Below, piece by piece: positions 18,064 to 26,773 of a stretch of 64,000 nucleotides of DNA (positions are counted from its first letter, which is position 1; each line of letters opens with the position of its first letter). Source of the stretch: Dehalococcoidia bacterium (lineage in GTDB: Bacteria > Chloroflexota > Dehalococcoidia > Bin125); contig CAXXSR010000001.1 of assembly GCA_963662615.2 (NCBI GenBank), positions 992,001 to 1,056,000 on the forward strand. The letters run 5' to 3'. A program made the position numbers and the translations under genes. A model generated the notes under the pieces. The model made no database searches, was not told where the DNA came from, and was given only the letters and a program-made list of their open reading frames with translations.

Positions 18064-20253
18064 TTGCGCGGCGTCGGGAGTTTGACTGTCTTGAACGACG
18101 CGCTCAGGGTCCTGCGTTACATCCTCGACCTGTCTCATTGGGCCGTGCAACGCTGGCGTCGATTTCGCGGAGACGCACCAGGCGTCTCCTACTGGCTGCT
18201 TCGCCCTCCTTCATTAGGCGATTTGTTCGTGGATCGGAAAGAGGAAATTGATGCGCTGAAGAAGGCTGTCAAGAACCATGGAATCGTTGTCGTATATGGG
18301 ATCGCCGGGACTGGGAAGTCGCGGTTCGCCGTCGAATTCAGTCATCGGCGAAAAACTAAGGGGTTCTGGGTCCCTTTCGCGGGATCCGTGGACAGCACGC
18401 TCGCAACGCTCGCCCCGCAGCTTGGAGAAGCACCTACCGCCGCCTCGGAAGCAGAATTGTCAATGTTCGCACGGCGGCGACTCTCTCAGCTTCCCAAGAA
18501 GCCTCTACTGATCATCGACAACATACCGAGCGTCTCGTTGCTTTCGAATCTCATGCCCATTGTGCAGAGTGCGACGGTCCTATGCACGACTCGCGATGAC
18601 AGCGTCCACGCCCTCCCTCCCGGCACAGGTACCGTCGCAGTCGGTGTGCTCGATCCGTCTTCGGCGAAAAAGATGCTCTTATCGAGAGGGCGACACGACC
18701 CTAACAATCCGGCGTTGGATGAGTTGATAGTCGCAGTTGGCGCCCTCCCCTATGCATTGGAAATGCTTGCTATCAGGCTCGGCGATGCCGGCGAGTCCCC
18801 GCAGTCCCTCCTTCGCAAGATCAGATCGAAGTCTTCCGCGGTGGAGTTTGAAGCTTTCCGCTCGACTGAGGGGGTCTCTTTCCCACATGCAGAGAGCATT
18901 TTTGAGGCGATCGTGGGAGCACTGGATGATTTACCTCAAAGCGCGCGAGCAGTGGTCGGGCGTCTCGCGTATGTGAGTGACGGACCAATACCAAGGGTGA
19001 TGGCCCGGATGCTCAACGAAGAATCTGATGAGGACTTCGAGGCCGCACTTCGTGAGTTGCGCAGGCGTGGATTGGCACAGGTCAGTGGGGACTGGCTGTT
19101 CATGCACCCGCTGACGAAGTCAGCTATCGCCGCGACGAATGAGAGATCGGTTCTTCGCCAGACTCTCGGGTCCATGAGTCATGTACTGAGATTCGTGGAC
19201 GAAACCTTCGGCCTTGCGCCGCCGATTTTTCTCTGGCACGGGATGGCCGTGCTGACTCGAACGAAAGTGCTTGGACTTCGAGATCGTAGCGTTGCAGCGT
19301 TCGCCAACCAGCTCGGCATTTCCCTTCGCCGTGCAGGCCGCCTGGCTGAATCGATATCGCTCCTTGAGTTTGTGCTAGAAGTCAGGGCGGAAGTCGACGG
19401 TCACGAGCACTTCGACACTCTGGCGTCTCGCTATAACCTCTGTATGGCGTACTCAGATGTCGGCAGAATTGGCGAAGCAGTCGAAGGTTTGCAGGTGGTC
19501 CGCGAGAAGCTCTCGACTGATCCCGCACATGAGCGCGAATTTCTACACACGGCGATGGCACTCGACCACGCTCACTACCTGAAGGGGGAGACTGCGGAGG
19601 CAATCAAACTTTACGAACAGTATCTAGATCGGGTCGTAGCGACTTTTGGCGAGGGATCTGCCGAACACGTCACATATCTCGGCAACGTGGCACTCGCCTA
19701 CCGGAGGTCCGGGCGAATGGAGGAAGCGGTAAATTGCCAGCTAAAGGCTACACAGACTCTCGAGGACAAGCTCGGTCCTGACCATCTCGATACCCTCCTC
19801 GCGAATATGAACCTGGCTTCCAGCTACCGGAGATTGGGCCGTCTCGACAAGGCGGGCCCGATTCTTGATGAGACCGTCGCTCGCATGCATAGGATGCTTG
19901 GAGCGGAGCACCAGATCACGCTCGCCGCAAGCGATGAACTTGCGGCTTGTTACGCGGAAGTTGGCGATTTCGAACGTGCCCTCCCCCTTCACAGCTTCGC
20001 CGTTGACGGCCTGAAAAGGCTACTCGGTAATGCGCATCCCGAAACTGTGAGTGCGAGAATGCTCTTCGCAGTAACTAGTGTGCTGGCAGCGAAGGAGGGA
20101 AAAGGATCACGTCTCGACGCGGAGTCGAGAATTTCCGATGTTGAGAAAGCGCTGTCTGCACTCCAGTCAGATTTGGGACCCGATCATCCCCGCGCGGTGG
20201 AGGTACGGACAGGTCTCGCCGAGGCTCGCAAAGTGCTGGAGGCTCCAACGTAG
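18064..20253 (+). CDS. STAND (NB-ARC-like) P-loop NTPase with C-terminal TPR repeats
   Basis: FVDRKEEI, Walker A GIAGTGKS, Walker B LLIIDN, TTR, GALPYALE, MHPL; repeats of the LGPDHLDTL / LGAEHQITL / LGNAHPETV type; atypical codon usage; start uncertain. Confidence 0.85.
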   Translation: MRGVGSLTVLNDALRVLRYILDLSHWAVQRWRRFRGDAPGVSYWLLRPPSLGDLFVDRKEEIDALKKAVKNHGIVVVYGIAGTGKSRFAVEFSHRRKTKGFWVPFAGSVDSTLATLAPQLGEAPTAASEAELSMFARRRLSQLPKKPLLIIDNIPSVSLLSNLMPIVQSATVLCTTRDDSVHALPPGTGTVAVGVLDPSSAKKMLLSRGRHDPNNPALDELIVAVGALPYALEMLAIRLGDAGESPQSLLRKIRSKSSAVEFEAFRSTEGVSFPHAESIFEAIVGALDDLPQSARAVVGRLAYVSDGPIPRVMARMLNEESDEDFEAALRELRRRGLAQVSGDWLFMHPLTKSAIAATNERSVLRQTLGSMSHVLRFVDETFGLAPPIFLWHGMAVLTRTKVLGLRDRSVAAFANQLGISLRRAGRLAESISLLEFVLEVRAEVDGHEHFDTLASRYNLCMAYSDVGRIGEAVEGLQVVREKLSTDPAHEREFLHTAMALDHAHYLKGETAEAIKLYEQYLDRVVATFGEGSAEHVTYLGNVALAYRRSGRMEEAVNCQLKATQTLEDKLGPDHLDTLLANMNLASSYRRLGRLDKAGPILDETVARMHRMLGAEHQITLAASDELAACYAEVGDFERALPLHSFAVDGLKRLLGNAHPETVSARMLFAVTSVLAAKEGKGSRLDAESRISDVEKALSALQSDLGPDHPRAVEVRTGLAEARKVLEAPT

Positions 20254-20258
20254 CCGGC

Positions 20259-20348
20259 GGCGAACACAGCGCGGAGGTCCTCAAAGAGCGCCTGGGCTAC
20301 ACGGACGACCAGATCGCGGAGCTGGTCGCTGGGGGAGTCGTCGCTTAG
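20259..20348 (+). pseudogene. Orphan 3' fragment (29 codons plus stop) of the CoA-transferase
   Basis: Translates GEHSAEVLKERLGYTDDQIAELVAGGVVA*; no start codon. Confidence 0.85.
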
Positions 20349-20511
20349 CGCGTCCTCGCGCACCTGCCCGCACAGGTTCATCCCCCGAACCATGCCGGCG
20401 AGTTCCAGAGAATCGTCCGAATTGTTGCGGAAAGCCGAGCCGGACAGCGGGGACGGCCCGGATCATTCCGGGCCATCCCTTTGCAGCAGTTTGCCCAGCG
20501 CCCGCGGGGCG

Positions 20512-21234
20512 CTACACGGACGTCGCGGCTGGCGCGCCGAAGACGCGCTCGCTGATCCGATCCAGCATGCGCTCGAAGCGCTCATCCGCCTCGTCGGCGG
20601 TCAGGCGGCCGTTCTCGACCGCGCGGTCCAGGTGCTCTCGCAGGCGCACCGCGACCGCGTCCACCACGGCCTCGCCCGACGATCCGTTTTGCTCGGCGAT
20701 CTCGGCGATGGAGAGGCCGTCCTCCACGCCCGCGACGATCACTTCCGGCTCGACGCCGATCACGTCGGCGATCAGGCGCAGGAGGTGCGCTCGCGCGTGG
20801 CCGTGCGGCCGATCGTCGCCATCCGAGTCGTGCCGCGGCCCTTCCTGAACCCAGGTGGAGACGTGCTCGGGCAGGTTCGCGATCAGCTGCGCGGCACGGT
20901 CCGCGTCGATGCGTCCGGCCTCCTCGGCCTCTTCGATCTTCTCCGTGATCTCGTCCACCAGGTAGTCCGCCAACGCGTCGGAATCGACGCCGAGGCCCTC
21001 GGCGACCGCCGCCGGCGTCTCGCCGTCACGCAACGCCTGCACCAGCTCCGCGGGCTCAATCCCCAGGAACTCGGCCGTCAGCCCCAGGGGACCGTGGCGA
21101 TGGCGGTAACGCTCCGCCGTCACGGGGCTCGAGTCGTCGGGGGACGACGTCTGTGCGGCGACGGTCGCCACCGCGCCAACCGCCAGTGTCGCCGCGAACG
21201 TCAGGCTCAGCAACAGTTTGCGATTGAATCGCAT
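20512..21234 (-). CDS. Secreted hypothetical protein with two tandem helical repeats
   Basis: Signal peptide MRFNRKLLL..VAA; AEFLGIEPAELVQALRDGETPAAVAE...EAGRIDADRA and ADVIGVEPEVIVAGVEDGLSIAEIAE...ENGRLTADEA. Confidence 0.8.
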   Translation of the reverse strand: MRFNRKLLLSLTFAATLAVGAVATVAAQTSSPDDSSPVTAERYRHRHGPLGLTAEFLGIEPAELVQALRDGETPAAVAEGLGVDSDALADYLVDEITEKIEEAEEAGRIDADRAAQLIANLPEHVSTWVQEGPRHDSDGDDRPHGHARAHLLRLIADVIGVEPEVIVAGVEDGLSIAEIAEQNGSSGEAVVDAVAVRLREHLDRAVENGRLTADEADERFERMLDRISERVFGAPAATSV

Positions 21235-21396
21235 CTTTTTTTGTTTCCTTTCTCGCTACGCCCAGATGTCTTGAACGGTCCTCCCGACAGTACGCAGCGT
21301 TAGTAAGGACGCCATGCGCGGGGCGTAATGCCGCCGACAAGATTCCGTAAATTCGGGCCGCCAGCGAGAAGGTGGTGTGCGCCCCGCGAACGCCGA

Positions 21397-21903
21397 TTAG
21401 CGGTCGCGATGCTGCTTTACGATTGCCTTTACGATCGCCGCATCCAGGAGCGCGGCCTCCATCTCCTCAACCCGCACTGCATACGGACTCCCCAGCGCCT
21501 GCTGCCAGACCGGCTGCGCCTCCAGGCGGTCGCGGATCTCGTCCACCCCGCGCCACCAGTCCCACCCGGCGTCGATGGGGCCGGGCAGCTCGAGACGCAC
21601 GGGCGCTCCCTCGGCGAGATGCACGCGCATGTACCAGGCGTGACGGCGGAACGCGCCCGCGCGCAGCAGCACGACAAGTGGTGCGCCGCCGTCCGATCCC
21701 TCAGCTTCGACCTCGTAGGCGGCGCGCAGTTGAAAGTTGTGGATGGAGAACTGCCCGGCCGCCCGCCCGGTCCGGACCTTCCCGATGGCGGTGAGCCCGT
21801 CGGCCAGGACGATGAGCGCGGCCGCCCGCTCCAGCGGCAGGTTGGCTTCGTCCCAGGAGATTAAGTCCCCCGAGATGTCGTCCCAGGAGATCCGATCGTC
21901 CAT
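21397..21903 (-). CDS. Hypothetical protein
   Basis: ORF with host-like codon usage; no motif recognised. Confidence 0.6.
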   Translation of the reverse strand: MDDRISWDDISGDLISWDEANLPLERAAALIVLADGLTAIGKVRTGRAAGQFSIHNFQLRAAYEVEAEGSDGGAPLVVLLRAGAFRRHAWYMRVHLAEGAPVRLELPGPIDAGWDWWRGVDEIRDRLEAQPVWQQALGSPYAVRVEEMEAALLDAAIVKAIVKQHRDR

Positions 21904-22060
21904 CAGAGAAGCTGTCCCGTCGCGCCCGCCTGACGCCCGTTCGGGAAGGGCGACGGCGCAGCCCCGACGATACGGTGCCCCGTCGCGCCTTGCTCCTCGG
22001 CCACACTAAGTTGATCAGCCGCGCCATCGATCGCGCGCCCCGCGCTCGTCTGTCAAATCA

Positions 22061-22119
22061 GAACACTTGATCGGTTCTCGATACTGTTCGTATAGTACGG
22101 CTGTTCCGAACGCGTGTTC
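22061..22119 (+). promoter_or_regulatory. Sigma70-like promoter overlapped by three LexA (GAAC-N4-GTTC type) boxes
   Basis: TTGATC (22067)-N18-TATAGT (22091); GAACacttGATC 22061-22072, GTACggctGTTC 22095-22106, perfect GAACgcgtGTTC 22108-22119. Confidence 0.75.
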
Positions 22120-22185
22120 ACTGCATCGGAACGGTGGCGGGGTGAACTCTCCTGGGCTCTGGGGAGCCCCGGGAGGAACGGGTCC

Positions 22186-22392
22186 ATGTTCGAGATCGTC
22201 TTCATTGGCCTGCTGACCGCCGCCGTGATCGCCATGCTGCTCTGGCAATGGTGGATCGGCGCGCTCGCTCAACCGACGCTTCAACGCCGACACGCCCCGG
22301 GCTACCCCGGCGGTCGCTCCTCTGGGAGTGCGGACGCCTCAGGGCGCAGGCGCGACGGTACACGCGCGCGCGCCGGAAGACGCGCAGCGTAG
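22186..22392 (+). CDS. Small single-TM protein (68 aa), probably SOS-inducible
   Basis: GGGAGGA RBS, ATG 22186; MFEIVFIGLLTAAVIAMLLWQWWIGALA then an Arg-rich tail. Confidence 0.65.
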   Translation: MFEIVFIGLLTAAVIAMLLWQWWIGALAQPTLQRRHAPGYPGGRSSGSADASGRRRDGTRARAGRRAA

Positions 22393-22634
22393 CCCCGCCT
22401 CGGTGGCCTCCGCACCTCTCTCGAAACAGGGCTCCGCGCCCCTGAGCGCCCGTTTCGAGAGGCGGGCCGCTGCTGAGGCATCGCATCACGCCGAAAGCGA
22501 ACCGCTGGAGCGTCGCGGCGCGGCGGCGAGCCGTCGACCGAGGCACGCCTGGAGGTCCCTGGCCCGTGGCGATCGCAGTGGCTAGAGTGCAGCGACAGGC
22601 CACTCCGCTGGGGCCGCGCGAACGGGCGACTGCA

Positions 22635-23357
22635 ATGACCGCTCCACGGGGGACGTCCGCTGGTCGCCAGCCTGCGCCAGATCCGTTGGAGCTGGTGCCG
22701 CTGTTCCGGGGCATGTCGCCCGCCCTCCTGGGCGAGCTGGCGCGGAAGCTGCGCCCGCTCCGCTTCACCGCCGGCACGGCCATCTTCCACGCCGACGACG
22801 TCGGCTCCACCCTCTACATCATTGTCCGGGGCGCGGTGAAGATCTTCATTCCTACCGCGGACGGGCGTGAGGTCGTTCTGGCCGTGCAGCGCGCCGGTGA
22901 CCTCTTTGGCGAGATGTCGCTGCTGGATGATCAGCTCCGTTCCGCCTCCGCCAGCACCCTGGACGACACGGAGATCGTCAGCCTCTCCCGCCAAGACTTT
23001 CAAGATGTCCTGGAGCACCATCCCGACGCCTGCCGCGCCATCCTGGACGTTCTGGTCAAGCGGCTCCGCCAGACCAACCAATCGATCCAGGACGCCTACC
23101 TCCTCGACGTCCCGGGCCGGCTCGCGCGGCGCCTCCTCCTCCTCTCCCGCGAGCATGGCGTCCCCGTCGAACAGGGCACCGAGATCGCGCTGCGGGTCAG
23201 CCAGCAAGATCTCGCCAGCATGATCGGCGCCAGCCGGGTCGCCGTGAACAAGCAGCTCCAGGCCTGGCGGCAGGACGGAGTCGTTGAGGTGCGGCGACAG
23301 CGCGTCACCATCCTCAAGCCGGAGGCGCTGGAGCAACACTTCGCGCTCGCCCCGTAG
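22635..23357 (+). CDS. Crp/Fnr family transcriptional regulator
   Basis: FGEMSLLD..RSASA cNMP pocket; SQQDLASMIGASRVAVNKQL HTH. Confidence 0.93.
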   Translation: MTAPRGTSAGRQPAPDPLELVPLFRGMSPALLGELARKLRPLRFTAGTAIFHADDVGSTLYIIVRGAVKIFIPTADGREVVLAVQRAGDLFGEMSLLDDQLRSASASTLDDTEIVSLSRQDFQDVLEHHPDACRAILDVLVKRLRQTNQSIQDAYLLDVPGRLARRLLLLSREHGVPVEQGTEIALRVSQQDLASMIGASRVAVNKQLQAWRQDGVVEVRRQRVTILKPEALEQHFALAP

Positions 23358-23394
23358 GGCGCGCCGCCGGCGGGCTGCGGAGAGGGTAAGGCTC

Positions 23395-24342
23395 ATGGGT
23401 CTGCTCGATGGCAAGGCGGGCATCATCACCGGCGCGGGGCGCGGCGTCGCCGGCGCGGCCGCCTCGCTGCTCGCGGCGGAAGGGGCGCGCCTGGTGGTCG
23501 CCGACTACGGCGTCGCCCTGGACGGCACCACCCCCGACCCCAGCGTGGCGGAGGAGAAGGTCGCGGCGATCCAAGCCGCGGGCGGCGAGGCCACCGCTCT
23601 CGCATCCGACGTCACCAATCCCGACGACTGTGACCTGATCGTTCAGACCTGCATCGACAACTACGGCAAGATCGACTTCGCCATCGCGGCGGCGGGCATT
23701 CTCCGCGACCGCATGGTGTTCAACATGTCCGACGACGAGTATGCCGCCGTTCTCGACGTGCACCTCAAGGGCACGTTCTATGTAGGACGCGCCGCCGCGC
23801 GGGCCATGCGGCAGCAACGCTTCGGCGCCATCGTCACGGTGACCTCAGCGTCGCAAGAGGGGCTCATTGGCCAGTCGAACTACTCCGCCGCCAAGGGTGG
23901 CATCGCCTCTATGACCTACGTCTGGGCCTGGGAGCTGCGACGCTACGGCATCAACGCCAACAGCGTCCTCCCCGCCGCCCGCACGCGCATGGTCACCTCC
24001 ATTCCCGGGCAGGAGCAGGCCCCAGAGGAGATCGAACCGGGCAGCTCTATGGGCACGGCGGAGCAGGTCGCGCCGATCTTCGCCTACCTCTGCAGCGACG
24101 AGGCCAAGTGGATGACGGGGCAGGTCATTGGCCTGGGTGGCGAGCGGCTCGCCCTCTGGCAGCATCCGCGTGAGCGCATCATCGTCACGCAGCGCGGCGG
24201 CTTCTCCCTGGACGACGTCCGTCGCACGATCCCCTCTGTATTCCAGGGGCAGCTTGAGCCCTACGGCCTGCGGCAGAACCAGTACGAGGAAGTGGACTAC
24301 ACCACCACGCAGGAGGCTGGCGCGCAGGAGAAGAAGAGCTAG
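23395..24342 (+). CDS. Short-chain dehydrogenase/reductase
   Basis: ITGAGRGVA, AGILRDR, NYSAAKGG. Confidence 0.92.
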   Translation: MGLLDGKAGIITGAGRGVAGAAASLLAAEGARLVVADYGVALDGTTPDPSVAEEKVAAIQAAGGEATALASDVTNPDDCDLIVQTCIDNYGKIDFAIAAAGILRDRMVFNMSDDEYAAVLDVHLKGTFYVGRAAARAMRQQRFGAIVTVTSASQEGLIGQSNYSAAKGGIASMTYVWAWELRRYGINANSVLPAARTRMVTSIPGQEQAPEEIEPGSSMGTAEQVAPIFAYLCSDEAKWMTGQVIGLGGERLALWQHPRERIIVTQRGGFSLDDVRRTIPSVFQGQLEPYGLRQNQYEEVDYTTTQEAGAQEKKS

Positions 24343-24404
24343 GCGACAGCCGGGGCCAGCTTCGATTCGCTACGGGCCTGCCGCGCCGCCGACGATGATC
24401 AGAC

Positions 24405-24650
24405 ATGCACGTCGCGCCGCCGCCCCTGCTCCTGGCTCCGCCGCCTGTGGCTCTGACCCCGTTGGCGCTGCTGCCCTCCGCCGTCGGAACGGGCTCCAGC
24501 GGCATCGATCCCCGCGCGCCGGGCGCCCTTGCGTCGCTACCCCTGCAGCTCGTCTCCCTACGAGTCGCGGTCTACACGGCACAGGCGCAAACACAGGTGA
24601 TCCGGGCGCAGGACGCCATGCTGGGCACGCTCGTGGACCTGCGCGCGTAA
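24405..24650 (+). CDS. Small protein ending in a flagellar rod/hook C-terminal-like helix
   Basis: C-terminus YTAQAQTQVIRAQDAMLGTLVDLRA resembles ANAKVIxTxDEMLGTLLDIKA. Confidence 0.5.
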   Translation: MHVAPPPLLLAPPPVALTPLALLPSAVGTGSSGIDPRAPGALASLPLQLVSLRVAVYTAQAQTQVIRAQDAMLGTLVDLRA

Positions 24651-24691
24651 GCGCCTCCAGCCGAAGCCGCGTTCCACCGGGACGGGACATC

Positions 24692-26548
24692 CTACCGTCG
24701 CAGGTTGAACCATGCGCCCATGCGGCTCCGCCACGCACGCAGGATCTCGCCCGACCCGCTGGCGGCGAAGCCCAGCACCATCCCCACGCCCAGCACTCCA
24801 GTAAGGACGATCGGGCGCACGCTTCCGCGCCAGAGCTGCCGGATCGGTCGCCCACCACCGGCTTCACGCCCACCACCGGCTTCACGCCCACCACCGGCTT
24901 CACGCCCACCACCGGCTTCACGCCCGGCGCCGGCAGCGCGCCCTGCGTTGGCGGCGGCCTCCCTTGGCCGGGGTGTGGGGAGGGCGGATCCCCCCTGGTC
25001 GGCGCGAGACCCGGTTACTGTCTCGGCGCCGCTCGCGGTGGCCGCCGGCGCCAACGGGGCCACGCTTTGCTCCGCCGCTGCCGGAGCGGGGCGAGGTTCG
25101 TCGCCGACGCCGCGCGTCCGTCGTGCCGCCTCCTCTTCGCTGAGCTTCCCTTCCGCCACCAGCTGCGCCGCTCGCACGGGGGACAGCTCCGCCCGGCTCA
25201 ACGGCTCCACACGCAGGGATCGCAGCCGCTTGCTGAAGAGGAAAAAGCCTAGCACCGTGGCGATCAGCAGCAGCGAGGATCCGGCCACCGCCGTCCGCGC
25301 GCCCACCACGTCGGCGGCCAGACTCACGGGCAGGACGCCCAAGGCCATCAGCCCGAAGGACATGACAACCACGGACATCACACGTCCGCGCATCTCCGCG
25401 GGCAAGCCGGCCTGGATGACGCTGTTGTTCGTGGTCTGAACGATCATGCCACCCACGTTGCCCAGCGCCAGGAAGACGATCGCCGGCGCGAAGTACGGCA
25501 TCTGTGTGAAAGCGACGAAGAGGCCGCCCATCCACAGCCCGCCCAGCAGCATCAGGCGGCCCTTGTGCGCTTGCCTATCGAACCGCGCCGCGATCAGGGC
25601 GCCCATGACCCCGCCCAAGCCCGTGCTGGCGGAGAGGATGCCCAGCCCGCCCGATCCCTTCTCGAACACATCCTCGGCGAAGACCGGCAGCATCTGCTGC
25701 AGCGGGAACGCGAACAGCGGGAAGATGAGCCCCAGCGCCAATAGGATCTTCAGCATCCCGTGCTGGCGGATGTAGCTGACGCCCTCCATGAACTCTTGCA
25801 GGAACGCCCCGCGCTGCTGCTGGGAGACCATGCCATGCTCGGGCAGGCGCAGTTCCGATCCCGCCGCGAGGAGGAACAGCAGGAAGGTGACCACGTAGAC
25901 CCAGCCCACGCCCATGGGCCCGATCAGCAGCCCCGCCGCGGCCGGCGCCACCACGCGCGTCATGTTCATCCCGCCCATCTGCAGCGTGACCGCGTTCATG
26001 AGCTTGTGCTGCGGCACCAGCTGCGGCACCAGCGCCTGTCGGGCCGGCATATTGAAGGCGAAGGCCGTCCCCGTGACCGCGGATCCCACGAGCAGGTGCC
26101 AGAACGCAATCAGGTTCGTGAGGATGAGGACGGCCAGGACCAAGCTCATGGCCGCCGCCGCGGACTGCGTCACGATGAGCAGTCTGCGCTTGTCGACTCG
26201 GTCCGCCACGACGCCGCCGATGGGGGCGAAGAGGAGCATGGGGATCGCGATGCTGACCGCAATGTAGCCCAGCGCCGCCGCCGTCCCCGTCATTTGGAAC
26301 GCCAGGAACCCGCGCAGCAGATGCTGCATCTGCATGGCCATGAAGAAGGCCAAGTTGCCCGCGAAGAACCAGGCGTAGTCGGGCTCACTGAGCGAGGTGA
26401 AGGTGGGGCCCCACGAGCGCGGCCCGGCGACGCCGCGAAGGCGACCGGCTGCCGCCGGAACCCTCTGCGCGCCGCCGGCGCTCTGGCGCCGTTCTCGACC
26501 TGGCATGCAACAGTCCCTGGCCCTTCCCGGCCGTTTCCCTCGCGACAT
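24692..26548 (-). CDS. MFS transporter with long low-complexity C-terminal extension (start uncertain, probably downstream of 26548)
   Basis: GGVVADRVDKRRLL motif A, PARQALVPQLV, about 12 TM. Confidence 0.88.
   Translation of the reverse strand: MSRGKRPGRARDCCMPGRERRQSAGGAQRVPAAAGRLRGVAGPRSWGPTFTSLSEPDYAWFFAGNLAFFMAMQMQHLLRGFLAFQMTGTAAALGYIAVSIAIPMLLFAPIGGVVADRVDKRRLLIVTQSAAAAMSLVLAVLILTNLIAFWHLLVGSAVTGTAFAFNMPARQALVPQLVPQHKLMNAVTLQMGGMNMTRVVAPAAAGLLIGPMGVGWVYVVTFLLFLLAAGSELRLPEHGMVSQQQRGAFLQEFMEGVSYIRQHGMLKILLALGLIFPLFAFPLQQMLPVFAEDVFEKGSGGLGILSASTGLGGVMGALIAARFDRQAHKGRLMLLGGLWMGGLFVAFTQMPYFAPAIVFLALGNVGGMIVQTTNNSVIQAGLPAEMRGRVMSVVVMSFGLMALGVLPVSLAADVVGARTAVAGSSLLLIATVLGFFLFSKRLRSLRVEPLSRAELSPVRAAQLVAEGKLSEEEAARRTRGVGDEPRPAPAAAEQSVAPLAPAATASGAETVTGSRADQGGSALPTPRPREAAANAGRAAGAGREAGGGREAGGGREAGGGREAGGGRPIRQLWRGSVRPIVLTGVLGVGMVLGFAASGSGEILRAWRSRMGAWFNLRR
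24850..24925. repeat. 18-bp tandem repeat x4 in the MFS tail
   Basis: GCCCACCACCGGCTTCAC x4, encodes GREAGG repeats. Confidence 0.9.
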
Positions 26549-26773
26549 TCCCCGAAATGACGTGGGCCATCTCCATCATGGGTCCTGGCCGAACCTTGCA
26601 CTATCAAGCGCGGTCGCCGACGCGCGCCATCGCTGCGGGCGGCGGCGCGAACCCGATGACGATCTGAGGGTGAGTGGGGCCGGGCCGACGGGAAACGATG
26701 GGTACAACAAAGCGCCCGCCGGCACGTGCGTGCGTCGGCGGGCGCCTCGGTTGCTCGCGACAGGTGGCGGCGT

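Larger units (their letters stand above)
17743..20348 (+). mobile_element. Putative inserted cassette bounded by a 90-bp duplication of the CoA-transferase 3' end (17743-17832 and 20259-20348)
   Basis: Both copies encode GEH(T/S)AE(I/V)LKERLGY..IAELVA(E/G)GVVA*; 74/90 nt identical by my count; interior visibly lower GC; no integrase. Confidence 0.75.

Noticed and set aside
17833-20258. IS element or prophage
   Set aside because: No transposase, integrase, terminal inverted repeats or phage genes were recognised.
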